From Tepidisphaera sp. (GTDB lineage: Bacteria > Planctomycetota > Phycisphaerae > Phycisphaerales > UBA1924), in the NCBI GenBank assembly GCA_050916045.1, contig CP051526.1, positions 3,264,001-3,328,000 of the forward strand: 64,000 bases of DNA. Reading direction: 5' to 3'. A program made the translations under genes and the position numbers. Positions 19,685 through 30,005 of the stretch are shown here, in pieces (positions within the stretch are counted from its first letter, which is position 1; the number at the start of each line of letters is the position of its first letter). The notes under the pieces are model-generated. The model was not told the origin of the DNA. It searched no databases and saw only the letters and a program-made list of their open reading frames with translations.

Positions 19685-19773
19685 GAATGCCTCGATTCCG
19701 CTTGCTCTTTGTGGTTCGATCCCGCCGCCCCCGCCGATTCAACTTCGAGGTCCGCGAACCCCGCCCGCACGAC

Positions 19774-20544
19774 TCACGGAGCCTGTTGAACGACCCCGGT
19801 TTCGGCGACCTTCGCTTTGCCTGAGTCCAACGCCATCGCGCCGATGATCGACATCCACGCGAGCGCCATCAGCGTCGCGCCCAGACCAAAGCACACCACG
19901 CCCCACCGCTTCTGCGCCTTGGCGCTCACCGTCAGGCCCCACGTGATCGCCGCCGTCCACACGCCGTTGGCAAAGTGGAACACCAGCATCGACACGCCGA
20001 CAAAGTAAAGCAGACCCAGGCCCAGGTCCCAGCCCAAACCGCCGCCCATCAGGGCATGGTTCAGCGTCGCGGCCGCGTACTTGTGATCCCACGCCACGCC
20101 GCCCGGCATCATGAACGTCCAGCCCCAGCGGAGCGTCGCCACGTGGTAGAAGATGAACACGATGCCGACGTACCCGCTGATCCGCTGAAGCGTGTAACGC
20201 CAGTTGTCCTGGTACGCGTACCGCTGCACGTTCACACGGCCTGTCGTCGCGTAATAGAACCCCAGAATCGAGTGGAACGCGATCGCCGCCCAAAGCGTGA
20301 CCTCGATCAGAAGCAGGTGCGGCACCTGCTCATTGATCCACTTCACTTCCTTGTCGAAGTAGTACGCTCCACCCTCCTGGATGCCGATTCCGGGCTTCTC
20401 GCCGCGAAGGGCGAAAGCACCCCACGCGAGGGACGAGTTCGTGACCAGGTGGGCGATCAGAAAGACGCCGATGGGGACGATGCCCGTCAGGGAGTGCAGT
20501 CGCCGCAGGAGGAAGTGATTCCGTTCAAGAAAAGAGGCGCTCAA
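19774..20544 (-). CDS. sdhC: Succinate dehydrogenase cytochrome b558 subunit
   Basis: LRRLHSLTGIVP, QRISG, FHFANG; TTG start with GAAAGGA SD. Confidence 0.92.
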   Translation of the reverse strand: MSASFLERNHFLLRRLHSLTGIVPIGVFLIAHLVTNSSLAWGAFALRGEKPGIGIQEGGAYYFDKEVKWINEQVPHLLLIEVTLWAAIAFHSILGFYYATTGRVNVQRYAYQDNWRYTLQRISGYVGIVFIFYHVATLRWGWTFMMPGGVAWDHKYAAATLNHALMGGGLGWDLGLGLLYFVGVSMLVFHFANGVWTAAITWGLTVSAKAQKRWGVVCFGLGATLMALAWMSIIGAMALDSGKAKVAETGVVQQAP

Positions 20545-20592
20545 CGCGTGGTCCTTTCACCCAGATGACACGCCGACGGAGTTGTCGCTCCA

Positions 20593-21174
20593 TCAGCTGC
20601 CGAAAATCTGTCCGCCGCCGAAACCTCCGCCCGCCGCTCCCCCACCCATACCCCCGCCCATGCCCCCCGCCGGAGGCACAACCACCCCGCCGGCACCGCC
20701 GCCGATGCCGCCCATCCCACCCATCTGCTGCGGCTTGATCTTGCCCTCGGCGACGGCCCGCTCGACGGCTTTGACCAGCTCGACGAACTCGCTTCGGAGC
20801 TCGCCGAGGGTCTGGTCGATCAGCTTTTGTTCGTCTTCGGTCAGGTTTCCTTTCGTCTTCTCCCGCAGAACGCCGAGCATGTCAATATAAAGGCGGGCGT
20901 ACTCGGGAGCGACGATGCCCTTGCCGCTCCTTGGGTCCGGAATGGCACCCATATAGGTGAGGGCTTGGGTCGCGAAGAGGCTGACGAGGTCTTGGAAGCC
21001 GAGCTTGTCCTCGATCGTCTCGCCCGTCGCCTCAGCACCGGGACCGGCCGCGGGCGCGGCGGGCTTGGGCTTGTTGGCGGCCGCGAGGCGGTCCTTTTCC
21101 GCTTGGGCTTGGGCTTTCCAGTCGGAGTCGATGATCAGTTTGGGTTCATCGCCCGGGGGCGGAGGGATGGACAT
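20593..21174 (-). CDS. DUF1844 family protein with Gly/Met-rich tail
   Basis: KLIIDSDWK, ARLYIDMLGVLREKTKGNLT. Confidence 0.85.
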   Translation of the reverse strand: MSIPPPPGDEPKLIIDSDWKAQAQAEKDRLAAANKPKPAAPAAGPGAEATGETIEDKLGFQDLVSLFATQALTYMGAIPDPRSGKGIVAPEYARLYIDMLGVLREKTKGNLTEDEQKLIDQTLGELRSEFVELVKAVERAVAEGKIKPQQMGGMGGIGGGAGGVVVPPAGGMGGGMGGGAAGGGFGGGQIFGS

Positions 21175-21270
21175 GGTGAGCTCCTGACCCGCGCGGGCCG
21201 GGGAGGACGTATCCTCTGAAGCGGCCTGAAACGGATTCAAATCGATCCTAGGCCCGCGTCCGGGGAACGT

Positions 21271-22647
21271 ATGGAATCTTCACGCCTTTTGAAACCGGTC
21301 TGCATTCTGATCTTCGCCGCCGGCACGCTCGGCGGATGCGGGAGCAGCGGACCAAGCGGGCCCAGGCTCACCGCCGGCGACTTCGTCCGTTCGCCCGGCA
21401 ACCAGGAAACGCCGCCGCCGCAGCCGGTAGTCGCCCCGACGCCGGTCAAGCCCGTCTCTCCCGCGCAGCCGCAAGCCGCACCGGTCGCTTCCAGCCGCGA
21501 GGTCCGCGCCGAGGTCGGATCCCCGAGCGTCACGCCGCAGGTCGAGACGCAAGCGAGCGCTCCATCAGGCGTCCAACCCGCCGCTACCGCGGGCGGCGAT
21601 CAACCGGTGGGCGAGCAGGTCCTGATCGACGCCAAGATCGGCGACATCAACAACCGGGCTCTCTACGCCTCGGATTTCCTCGAACCGATGGAAGCCGCGC
21701 TCCGGGCCAAAGCCGTCGAGATGCTCAAAGCCGCCAAGGGCGACACCCGCGCGGTCCGCGCCGCTTGGGAGCAGTACGCTCAGGAGCAGGTCGGCGGCCG
21801 GCTGGTCGCGTTCATCCGCGACGAGATTTTCCGCGCCGAGGGGCTTTCAAGCCTCAAGCCAGCGCAGCGCGAGGGCTTGTCCGGGTACATCTCGCGTCTC
21901 CGCGATGAGGAAATCCGCCGCAACCAGGGCATGCTTTCGATGACCGAGGAGGAGATCGCCAAGCAGACCGGCGGCAAGAGCCTCGACGAGTACATGCGGA
22001 CGCGTGAGCAGACCGAGCTCATCCGCTTCCAGCTTTTCCAGCAGATCGACCGCAAGATCCAGGTGGCGTGGCGCGACATCAAACTCGCGTACGAGCAGAA
22101 TCAGGAACGCTACAACCCCAACCCCACCGCCTACCTCCGCATGATCGTCGTTTCCGGCAGTGATGAGGAGGGGATCAAGTCGATCCAGGATGCCCTCGCG
22201 GCGGGCGAGGAGTTCGCGACCGTCGCGGAGAAATCCGTCAATCTCTTCAATCGGGACAAGGGCGGGCTTTTCTCGTCGCAGTTCGCCGGCGACATCGCGC
22301 AGGCCACGCTCACGAACTTCAAGCCCGTGAACGCGGTGGCGGTCGGCCTCGCGCCGGGCACGCAGGCGGGCCCGATCGACAACGGATCGACGAAAGCGTG
22401 GATCAGGTTCGAGCGGATCGATCAGCCGAAAGTCTCGCTCTATGACGCGCAGCTCGGCATCGAGAATGAGCTTTTCGCGCAGCGCCAGGAGCGGGCGATC
22501 CAGCAGTACCTCTTGAAGCTTCAGGGCCGCGCGAGCCTCAGCGATGTCGAGTCGATGGGCCTGCGCGTCATGCAGTTCGCCCGCGAACGCTGCTTGGAGC
22601 CCGTCCTCCGCGGCGGTCTGGCCGCGGCGGACGCCGGCGCGAAGTAA
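21271..22647 (+). CDS. SurA/PrsA-like parvulin-type chaperone lipoprotein
   Basis: LGGC lipobox, GEEFATVAEKS..GG parvulin-like segment, helical N domain. Confidence 0.65.
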   Translation: MESSRLLKPVCILIFAAGTLGGCGSSGPSGPRLTAGDFVRSPGNQETPPPQPVVAPTPVKPVSPAQPQAAPVASSREVRAEVGSPSVTPQVETQASAPSGVQPAATAGGDQPVGEQVLIDAKIGDINNRALYASDFLEPMEAALRAKAVEMLKAAKGDTRAVRAAWEQYAQEQVGGRLVAFIRDEIFRAEGLSSLKPAQREGLSGYISRLRDEEIRRNQGMLSMTEEEIAKQTGGKSLDEYMRTREQTELIRFQLFQQIDRKIQVAWRDIKLAYEQNQERYNPNPTAYLRMIVVSGSDEEGIKSIQDALAAGEEFATVAEKSVNLFNRDKGGLFSSQFAGDIAQATLTNFKPVNAVAVGLAPGTQAGPIDNGSTKAWIRFERIDQPKVSLYDAQLGIENELFAQRQERAIQQYLLKLQGRASLSDVESMGLRVMQFARERCLEPVLRGGLAAADAGAK

Positions 22648-22659
22648 CGGGAGCCGGCC

Positions 22660-23136
22660 GTGGGACTCTGGAGCACGCTCAGAGGAGTGATCGCGGCTCT
22701 TTCGCCGTGGGCCGATCGTTCGCTCGGAGCGCTCGGCGAACGTGAAGCCGCCAAGCTCCTGAAAGCCGGCGGATACGCGATCCTCGGGGTCAACCTCAGG
22801 TTTGGCGGCAACGCCGAGGGGCACGGTGCCTGGGGCGAGATTGACATTCTCGCGCAGGATCCCGACGGAAGGACGATCGTGGTCGTCGAAGTGAAAGCTC
22901 GCAGGCGAGTGGCCCACGCCGCGGGCGCCTCGGCCGCGGTCGCGCCCGAAGCCAGCGTCACCCGGTCCAAATCCCGCAAGCTCATCCGGCTGATGGATGC
23001 CGTCGTCGCCGCCAACGGCTGGCAAGCCCGTCCCAAGCGGATCGACGTCGTCGCGGTCGAGTTCGTCGAACGGACTCCCGAACCTGACGAGGTGCGAGTC
23101 AAGCACTTCGTCGGCGCGGTCCGGCGAGAACGCTGA
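22660..23136 (+). CDS. YraN family (UPF0102) protein
   Basis: LGALGE..A, GEIDILA, VEVKAR, RIDVVAV. Confidence 0.85.
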   Translation: MGLWSTLRGVIAALSPWADRSLGALGEREAAKLLKAGGYAILGVNLRFGGNAEGHGAWGEIDILAQDPDGRTIVVVEVKARRRVAHAAGASAAVAPEASVTRSKSRKLIRLMDAVVAANGWQARPKRIDVVAVEFVERTPEPDEVRVKHFVGAVRRER

Positions 23137-24753
23137 TCACCAGACGCGGCGGCCGGCGAGAGCGCCGCGGAACTTGCCCTCGAGCTTGCGGACGGCCGCT
23201 TCCTCCGCGTCGATCGCGACGGGGATGATGAGGCTGAACATCGAGCCACGCCCGGGCTCGCTGACGACTTGGATCTCGCCCTGCAGGATCGCGGCGAATT
23301 CCTTGCAGATGGCCAGGCCCAGGCCGGTGCCAGAGTGTTCGCGGGTGTGTCCGCCGTCGAGCTGGTAGAACTTTTCGAAGATGCGTTCGTGCTCATCGGG
23401 CGGGATGCCCGGGCCGGTGTCAATGACGCTGACGCGGATCTGCTCGGCTTGTTCACCGCCGGGAGCGACGCCGGTGAGCTTCTCGGCGCGGAGGGTGATG
23501 GTCTCGCTGGGTCGGCCGGTCTTGGAGGGGGGGTCGGTGAACTTCACCGCGTTGCTGAGGAGATTGAAGATGATCTGCTGAAACTTTTTGACGTCGGTCT
23601 GCACGACGGGCAGGTCTTCGCCGGCTTCGAGCTTGAGCGCGATGCCTTTGCGTTCGGCCTGAGGCCAGATGAGTCCGAGCAGCCCCTCGCAGGTGTCGCG
23701 GACGTTCATCTTGTCGACGTGCAGGTCGATTTTGCCCGATTCGAGCTTGGCCATGTCGAGAAGCTCGTTGATCATCTCGAGGAGGGTGCGGGCGGCGGTG
23801 TGGATGTTCTCGAGATAGCGGAGCCGCTTGACAGCCGAGGGGGGCGGTTCGGGCACGGAAGCGTCGGCGCGGGCGAACTCCATGAGAAGCTCGGCGAAAC
23901 CGATGATGCTGTTGAGCGGGGTGCGGAGTTCGTGGCTGATGTTCGCCAGGAAGTCCCCCTTGAGCTTGGCGGCGTCATGCAGGGTCGTGTTCATCTCCGA
24001 AAGCTCGGTGAGCTTGAGGTCCATCGCCCGGTTGATGGCGCGGAGCTGGTCCTGCGACGCGGAGAGGTCCACGAGCATCTGGTTGAACGCGTCGGCGAGC
24101 TCCTCGAACTCGTCGCCGGTGCGGATGTCCGAACGCGCGGTCAGATCCCCCTCGCGGACCCGCTCGGACGTCTCGCGGAGCGCTCGCACCGGCGAAAGCA
24201 CCAGCTTGTGGGTGATCACGTAAAAGAGAAGCACGGCGATGATGAGCACGAAGGCGCCGGCGGAGAGAAGGTAACCCGAGTTCACCAGGAGCATCGCGCC
24301 CGCTTCGATGCTTCGGCGTTCGAGCACGATCATGCCGGTCAGCTCACCCTCATCATTCCGAACGGCGCGGGCGTACCGATACTCGCGCTGCGTGCTCAGC
24401 CAGCTGCTCTCCTGGACGTCGACAAGCGATGGACTCTCGACGAGGCGTTCCACGGCTCGACTGATGAAGTCGTTGCCGCGTCCGACATCGCGGGCCTGTT
24501 CCAGCGTGAGCTTGGCCGCGTAGACGCCGGCGAGGGTTCGAGGCGCGCCCTCGCGTCCCGGAGCGGGGGGCGGCGAACCGGGCTCGACGGCTTCCCACGA
24601 CAGCGCCATCGCTCGCGATACGTCGAGTTGTCCCTCGTCGACCAGATTGCTCATGCGTAGCCACGGCGCCGCCATCGCGATCAGCACGACCAGGACCACC
24701 GCTCCGCCGAAGAGAAGCAGGCACTTGTTGGCAAGCGAGATTCCGCGCCACAT
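23137..24753 (-). CDS. Membrane sensor histidine kinase (HAMP-HisKA-HATPase)
   Basis: Two TM helices, HAMP, SHELRTPL, NLLSNAVKF, DTGPGI, GTGLGL. Confidence 0.93.
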   Translation of the reverse strand: MWRGISLANKCLLLFGGAVVLVVLIAMAAPWLRMSNLVDEGQLDVSRAMALSWEAVEPGSPPPAPGREGAPRTLAGVYAAKLTLEQARDVGRGNDFISRAVERLVESPSLVDVQESSWLSTQREYRYARAVRNDEGELTGMIVLERRSIEAGAMLLVNSGYLLSAGAFVLIIAVLLFYVITHKLVLSPVRALRETSERVREGDLTARSDIRTGDEFEELADAFNQMLVDLSASQDQLRAINRAMDLKLTELSEMNTTLHDAAKLKGDFLANISHELRTPLNSIIGFAELLMEFARADASVPEPPPSAVKRLRYLENIHTAARTLLEMINELLDMAKLESGKIDLHVDKMNVRDTCEGLLGLIWPQAERKGIALKLEAGEDLPVVQTDVKKFQQIIFNLLSNAVKFTDPPSKTGRPSETITLRAEKLTGVAPGGEQAEQIRVSVIDTGPGIPPDEHERIFEKFYQLDGGHTREHSGTGLGLAICKEFAAILQGEIQVVSEPGRGSMFSLIIPVAIDAEEAAVRKLEGKFRGALAGRRVW

Positions 24754-24812
24754 TCGCCCAGACGGTATGTGGCTCGGGCAAGTCCCGATGGCGCGGGGGC
24801 CCGGCCCCCGGG

Positions 24813-25784
24813 TCAGCGCCCGACGGGTCCAAACGGCGTCGTCGCCCGGGTGAGGCGGTCCAGGATCGCGGCCCACAGCGCACCTTCGCCGTCATCCACG
24901 GCGGGCCGCGGGTCCTCGATGAAGATCGCCGGGGCGTTCATCGCGTCGGCTTGGCGGAGCGCCGCATAGAGGTGAGCGGCGTACTCGCGAGCGGTCGCCG
25001 GCATGCGGATCACGGAGTCTTCCCGGGTCGAAAGCGTGACGCCCGGCCCGGAGACCTTCGCCCAATCGCCGGACCCGACGAGCTTGGCGGGCGTTGTGGG
25101 CGCGTAATGCACGCCGAGAAGCCCGGGGCTTTCGAGCGGGCCGGAAGCGGGCGCGTGCGGAGCGGCATCGACGCTACCCGCGCCGAGCACGGCTTCGATC
25201 TCCGCGGGTGTGATCAGACCGGGGCGCAGAATGCGAGCGTGCCCGCCCGCGACGGAGACGACGGTTGACTCGATCCCGCCCGTACACGGGCCGCCGTCCA
25301 GGACGAGGACCTCCGCCTCGTTGAAAGCCTCGCGCACATGCGAAGCCGAGGTGGGGGAAACGCCGCCGGAACGGTTCGCACTGGGCCCAACAATCGGCTT
25401 GCCAAACGCTTCGATGAGCGCGAGTGTGATCGGGTGGGCGGGGCAGCGGACGGCCATGGTCGTGCCTCCCGCGGTGACCTCGGTCGGAATCGCTTCGCCG
25501 CGCGGGACGATGATCGAGAGCGGGCCGGGCCAGAATCGCTCGGCGAGCGCGGTGGCGGGCCGTGGCCACTCGCCCGCGTGCCGACGCGCCATCGCGAGGT
25601 CGGAGACATGCACGATCAACGGGTTGTGCGAAGGCCGGCCCTTGGCCTGAAAGACCCGCCGAACGGCCGCGCCCGACAAAGCGTCGGCACCCAGCCCGTA
25701 GACGGTTTCTGTGGGAAATGCCACCAGCCGACCCTCGGCAAGCCGGCGCACGCCTTCCGCGATCTCCTCGGGTCCTGCGGACAT
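24813..25784 (-). CDS. tsaC: L-threonylcarbamoyladenylate synthase (Sua5-type)
   Basis: FPTETVYGL, KGRPSHNPLIVH, PSANRSG, GIESTV, SPG..HYAP, LYAALR. Confidence 0.92.
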   Translation of the reverse strand: MSAGPEEIAEGVRRLAEGRLVAFPTETVYGLGADALSGAAVRRVFQAKGRPSHNPLIVHVSDLAMARRHAGEWPRPATALAERFWPGPLSIIVPRGEAIPTEVTAGGTTMAVRCPAHPITLALIEAFGKPIVGPSANRSGGVSPTSASHVREAFNEAEVLVLDGGPCTGGIESTVVSVAGGHARILRPGLITPAEIEAVLGAGSVDAAPHAPASGPLESPGLLGVHYAPTTPAKLVGSGDWAKVSGPGVTLSTREDSVIRMPATAREYAAHLYAALRQADAMNAPAIFIEDPRPAVDDGEGALWAAILDRLTRATTPFGPVGR

Positions 25785-25878
25785 CCGTGGACGGTAAGCG
25801 ACACGGAGATGGGTCGCTCGGCTTCGTGCCTTGTTCCGGTGCCCGGTCACATTTTTGGAGGTTTCAACTGATCTTCTC

Positions 25879-25907
25879 TTGCGTCCGGGCTTCGGGACCG
25901 GTAATCT
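25879..25907 (+). promoter_or_regulatory. Sigma70-type promoter upstream of ACT-domain gene
   Basis: TTGCGT-N17-TAATCT. Confidence 0.55.
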
Positions 25908-26055
25908 AAGGGCGGCAGGGCGGCCCTCGTGGGTGAGCGGTGCGCCCGGCGGACGAGAAGGAGCGAACTCGGGCCCCCAACGGCCCGTTGCACGAAGGAC
26001 TCGGAGCCCTCGCTGTGCTGACACGGTCAGACGGCGCGGGCGGGATAGCACCGCC

Positions 26056-26550
26056 ATGAGCCAAGCTTCATCAGGACTCGAAACCACTCAGGGATACGCG
26101 CCACCGGTCGTCACGCAGTTCAGCGTGTTTCTGACAAACAAGGTCGGCAAGCTGTATGACCTGGTCAACGCGTTCAACGGCAGCCAGTGCCAGATCTGTG
26201 CGCTCGCCGTGCACGACGCCACGGACCACGCCGTCGTGCGCATCATCACCAACCACGCGTTCTCGGCCCGGCGGATCCTCAAGGAACAGAACCTGCCGTA
26301 CAGCGAGAAGGACGTGCTGGTCGTTGAGCTTTCGAAGGGGCACACGCTGAGCAGCCTGTGCATCTCGCTTCTGGCGGCGGAGCTTTCGATCCAGTTCGCG
26401 TACCCGCTGATGCTCCGTCCCAACGGGACACCGACCATCGCCCTTTCGGTCGAGGACGTGACGCTTGCGGGCCAGATCCTGCGGCGGAAAGAGTTCCGGA
26501 TTTTCGGGGAGGGTGACTTGCCGACGATGCCGACACAGCACGACCACTGA
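26056..26550 (+). CDS. Tandem ACT domain protein
   Basis: QFSVFLTNKVGKL, AVVRII, VLVVEL, IQFAYP. Confidence 0.85.
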   Translation: MSQASSGLETTQGYAPPVVTQFSVFLTNKVGKLYDLVNAFNGSQCQICALAVHDATDHAVVRIITNHAFSARRILKEQNLPYSEKDVLVVELSKGHTLSSLCISLLAAELSIQFAYPLMLRPNGTPTIALSVEDVTLAGQILRRKEFRIFGEGDLPTMPTQHDH

Positions 26551-26698
26551 GACGTTTCAGACCCGTTCACAAGCCGAACTTTCTGTTGAGCCGGCGCAGC
26601 TTGTGCGTGTTTTTGGTGACTTTCGGCGAGATTGGGTGGCCGAATCGCGATTTTTGCGTCATGTTGCCTCTGGCGGCACCCTGCCCCGGAGGTATCTC

Positions 26699-27373
26699 GT
26701 GAAGAACGCGCGTCTGGTTGTGGCTTTGAGTCTGTCCGCGATCCCGTCCATCGCTCTGGCCGGCCCTGACTGGGTCGAAGGTGGCACGGACGCCGGGAGC
26801 ACGGTTTCCGCGGCGCAGGCGATCCTGGGAACGGGTCAGCTTCGCACGCTGGCCGGGTCGCTCTCGGAGGGGTTTGGCCGGCCGGACTACGAAGACATGT
26901 ACCTGATCCGGATCACGGATCCGGCGGAGTTCTCGTTCACGCTGGTGAGCGCGCAGTTCAACGCTTCGATGTACCTGTTCAACGTGACGCAGGCGAACGA
27001 GGCTTTCGGGCTTCTGGGCAACCTGGACTCGAACTCGGAGGACTTCCGTCCTCGGTTGACGTTCGCGGCGACGGATGGCACGGGCGCGTCGGTCAACAAC
27101 CCCGGGGTGTACGCCCTGGTGATCACGAGCAACGGCTGGCGTCCGACCAGCGGCGGCGGGCAGATCTTCTCGTTCGGGGAAGACGCCGGTGAGATCTCGG
27201 GTCCGGACGGTCCGGGGGCGGCGCGTCCGCACACGGGCTGGACGGGAACGGGCACCAGCGGCATCTACAGCGTCGAGATCGAGGGCGCGACCTTCGTCGA
27301 CGTTCCAACGCCGGGCGTGGCTTCGGTCGGCCTGGTCGCGATCGCGTCGGCGGCTCGCCGTCGTCGTCGCTGA
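26699..27373 (+). CDS. PEP-CTERM-type surface protein (PPC/DVUA0089-like beta domain)
   Basis: GGAGG SD + GTG start, signal peptide, EDMYLI, C-terminus VPTPGVASVGLVAIASAARRRRR. Confidence 0.85.
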   Translation: MKNARLVVALSLSAIPSIALAGPDWVEGGTDAGSTVSAAQAILGTGQLRTLAGSLSEGFGRPDYEDMYLIRITDPAEFSFTLVSAQFNASMYLFNVTQANEAFGLLGNLDSNSEDFRPRLTFAATDGTGASVNNPGVYALVITSNGWRPTSGGGQIFSFGEDAGEISGPDGPGAARPHTGWTGTGTSGIYSVEIEGATFVDVPTPGVASVGLVAIASAARRRRR

Positions 27374-27410
27374 TGCAGGAGCCCCACAATCTGAAAGAGC
27401 AGCGGGCGGA

Positions 27411-29792
27411 TCAGCGGGCTGAGGCCGTGAGCTGATTCAATCGTTGCTGCGCCTTGGCGAAGGTCTTGGAATCTTCGCCGGCTTCCTCGCGCACGAGTTT
27501 GATGCTGGCGAGCATCTGCTCGCGGGCTTCGTCGGTCTTTCCGAGCTTTTGGAGGAGCTCCGCGAGGTCGGCTTTGACGCTGGCGATGCGGAGCCTGGAG
27601 GAGGGTGTCGCGGCTTCGACGACTTCGAGAGCTTGGCGGAGGAAGGGTTCGGCGACCGCGGGAGACTCGATGGCGGCGGTGGATTTGCCGAGGACGACGA
27701 GGGCTTCGGCGTATTCCTGGTGCTTGGTGCGGGCGTACTTCTCGTACATGGCTTTGGCGTCGGTCGCGCGGGACCTGGCGGTGGCGGTGTCGCCGAGGGC
27801 GAGTTCCGCTCTTGCGACGGCGACCATGGCGGAAGCGACGCGGTGGTGGCCACGTGGGAAGAGGGAAGCGAGAATGACGCGAGCGCGCTCGGCGGCGTCG
27901 CGAGCTGCTTGGCAATCACCGCGTTCAAAGAGGCACTGGGCGAGGTTGATGGACGTGGATGCGGTGCCGCCGAAGCGTTCGCCCCTGAGCTTGACGATCA
28001 TCTCGAGAGCTTGCCTGAAGAGATCCTCGGCTTTGTCGAAGTCCTCGGACTCGACGTAGGTCTTGGCGAGGTTGTTGAGCGACCCCGCGACTTCTTCGTG
28101 TTCGGCTCCGAGCAGGCGTCTCCGCATGTCGAGCGCCTGCTGGTGCAGGTCGCGGGCTTCGAGGATCCGCCGCTGGCTGAGACGGCAGGCGGCGAGGTGC
28201 GTGAGGCTGAAAGCGACCTTCTGGTTGTCGCCGGGGAAGAGCTGACGGCGGATGTCGAGCGCCCGCTGGTAGAGCGGTTCAGCCTGGTCGTAGCGACCGT
28301 CCCACCAGAGCGTGGCGGCGAGGTTGTGGAGGCAGTCCGCGAGTTCGGCTTTGCTTTCGGGGTGTTTTTCGCGGATCTGGAGCGCTCGGCCGAGGCTGGC
28401 AACGGCTTTGGGATACTCGCCGAAGTTGCGGTACGCGGTTCCGATGATCTCTCGCACGCGGGCTTCGGTGATGTCGCGAGTCGGCGGGTTTTGGTCGAGC
28501 AGAGCGGCGGTGCGGTCCATGAGGTCGACGACGGTGATCTCGCCGGTGGCTTCGGCGTTGCCCGGGTTGATCCCTCCGTTGAGCAGTTCCAGACTCTCGC
28601 GTGCATCGACGGATTCGGCTTTGGCCCGGTCGCGTTCGACGATGATCTGCGCGATGAGCCATGTCGACACGGTGACGAGGATGATGGCGGCGGCGGCGAT
28701 AACAGACGCGAGCGTCTGGTTGCGCCGCACCCATCGCCACGACCGGCCCATCACGCCCACGTTGCGAGCGGACACCGGCATTCCGGTGAGATAAAGCCGG
28801 AGGTCCTGCGCGAATTCGCCCGCGGTTGCGTAGCGGCGGGCCGGGCTCTTTTCGAGGGCTTTGAGGAGCACCGCGTCGAGGTCGCGGCTGACGCCGGCTC
28901 GGATCGAGGATGCTCGGGCCGGTTCCTTCTCGGCGATGCGCGTGAGCACTTCGCGGATCGAGCCGTCCATGTCCACCGGAAGCTGACCGGTGACGAGTTC
29001 ATACGCGATCACGCCCAGCGCGTAGACGTCGGATCGGACGCCGATAGCGCCCGACTTGCCCAGGGTCTGCTCGGGGGACATGTACGCGACGGTGCCGACG
29101 AGTTGACCGGGTTCGGCGATGGTGACGCCCATGCGGCCGTGGGCGCCGCCCACCCCACCCGCGGCGTTGGCCGTGCCGGTGCCGTCGACGCGTTTGGCCA
29201 AGCCGAAGTCCAAGAGGTGCGGATCGCCGCTGGCGTCGATGAGGATGTTGCTTGGCTTGAGGTCTCGGTGAAGCACGCCGCGCTGGTGTGCGTAATCGAC
29301 GGCGTCGCAGATCCGGGCGACCAGATCAAGAGCGTGGCGGATCTCGCAGGCGCCCGGCTTGAGAGCTTCGTCCAGGGGCTTGCCCGAGACGAACTCCATC
29401 ACGTAGAAGTACCGGCCCTTGCGGACGCCGGCGTCGACGATGGAGACGATGCCGGGGTGCTGCAAGCCCGCGACGACGTCGATCTCGCGTTCGAAGCGTT
29501 TGCGGGCGGCGGCGGCGTCCATGCTCCCGTCGAGCATGAACTTGATGGCGACGGGGCGGCCGGTGGCTTGCTGAACACCCTCAAACACCACGCCCATGCC
29601 GCCCTGACCGATGCGGCGGCGGACGTCGTATCCCTCGACTTCGGGGAGTTTGTCAGGTGCCCCAGGCACGGATGTCTTGGTGAAGTCGACGGTCTCGCTT
29701 TCGAGGAAGCGTCCCGAGAGGAGCCGGGTCGGGGTGGCCGCGATGTTCCCTGACGTGCCGCCTGAAAGGCTCGAGCCGATCTCGGCGGTCAT
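27411..29792 (-). CDS. Membrane Ser/Thr kinase with TPR repeats (start uncertain)
   Basis: IGQGGMGVV, VAIK, HRDLKPSN, DFG, YMSPEQ, TM helix, TPR repeats (LHNLA, LNNLA). Confidence 0.9.
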   Translation of the reverse strand: MTAEIGSSLSGGTSGNIAATPTRLLSGRFLESETVDFTKTSVPGAPDKLPEVEGYDVRRRIGQGGMGVVFEGVQQATGRPVAIKFMLDGSMDAAAARKRFEREIDVVAGLQHPGIVSIVDAGVRKGRYFYVMEFVSGKPLDEALKPGACEIRHALDLVARICDAVDYAHQRGVLHRDLKPSNILIDASGDPHLLDFGLAKRVDGTGTANAAGGVGGAHGRMGVTIAEPGQLVGTVAYMSPEQTLGKSGAIGVRSDVYALGVIAYELVTGQLPVDMDGSIREVLTRIAEKEPARASSIRAGVSRDLDAVLLKALEKSPARRYATAGEFAQDLRLYLTGMPVSARNVGVMGRSWRWVRRNQTLASVIAAAAIILVTVSTWLIAQIIVERDRAKAESVDARESLELLNGGINPGNAEATGEITVVDLMDRTAALLDQNPPTRDITEARVREIIGTAYRNFGEYPKAVASLGRALQIREKHPESKAELADCLHNLAATLWWDGRYDQAEPLYQRALDIRRQLFPGDNQKVAFSLTHLAACRLSQRRILEARDLHQQALDMRRRLLGAEHEEVAGSLNNLAKTYVESEDFDKAEDLFRQALEMIVKLRGERFGGTASTSINLAQCLFERGDCQAARDAAERARVILASLFPRGHHRVASAMVAVARAELALGDTATARSRATDAKAMYEKYARTKHQEYAEALVVLGKSTAAIESPAVAEPFLRQALEVVEAATPSSRLRIASVKADLAELLQKLGKTDEAREQMLASIKLVREEAGEDSKTFAKAQQRLNQLTASAR

Positions 29793-30005
29793 GCGGGAGT
29801 CGAACGCGTCATTTGACGCGTCCGGGACGATCGCCCCGCGGGAGGGCGTGACGACCGTGACACGAAGATCTTCATCGCGCGGCGCGTCCGGAACGGCTTT
29901 GCCGTCCGACGGCGGTCGCTGATCCTGACGGGGCGTCTCCAGACACTCATCTCCCGGGGTCTGAGGATCGTATCGCGGACGGGAGATGCGGGCGTAAAGT
30001 CGGGG

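Noticed and set aside
16685..19789. Long antisense ORFs (also 156-1529, 27444-29753, 37596-39545, 41284-43491)
   Set aside because: Shadow frames of real genes in high-GC DNA with no recognisable motifs
26627..26670. Sigma54 promoter before the second PEP-CTERM gene
   Set aside because: GG-to-GC spacing does not fit the -24/-12 consensus
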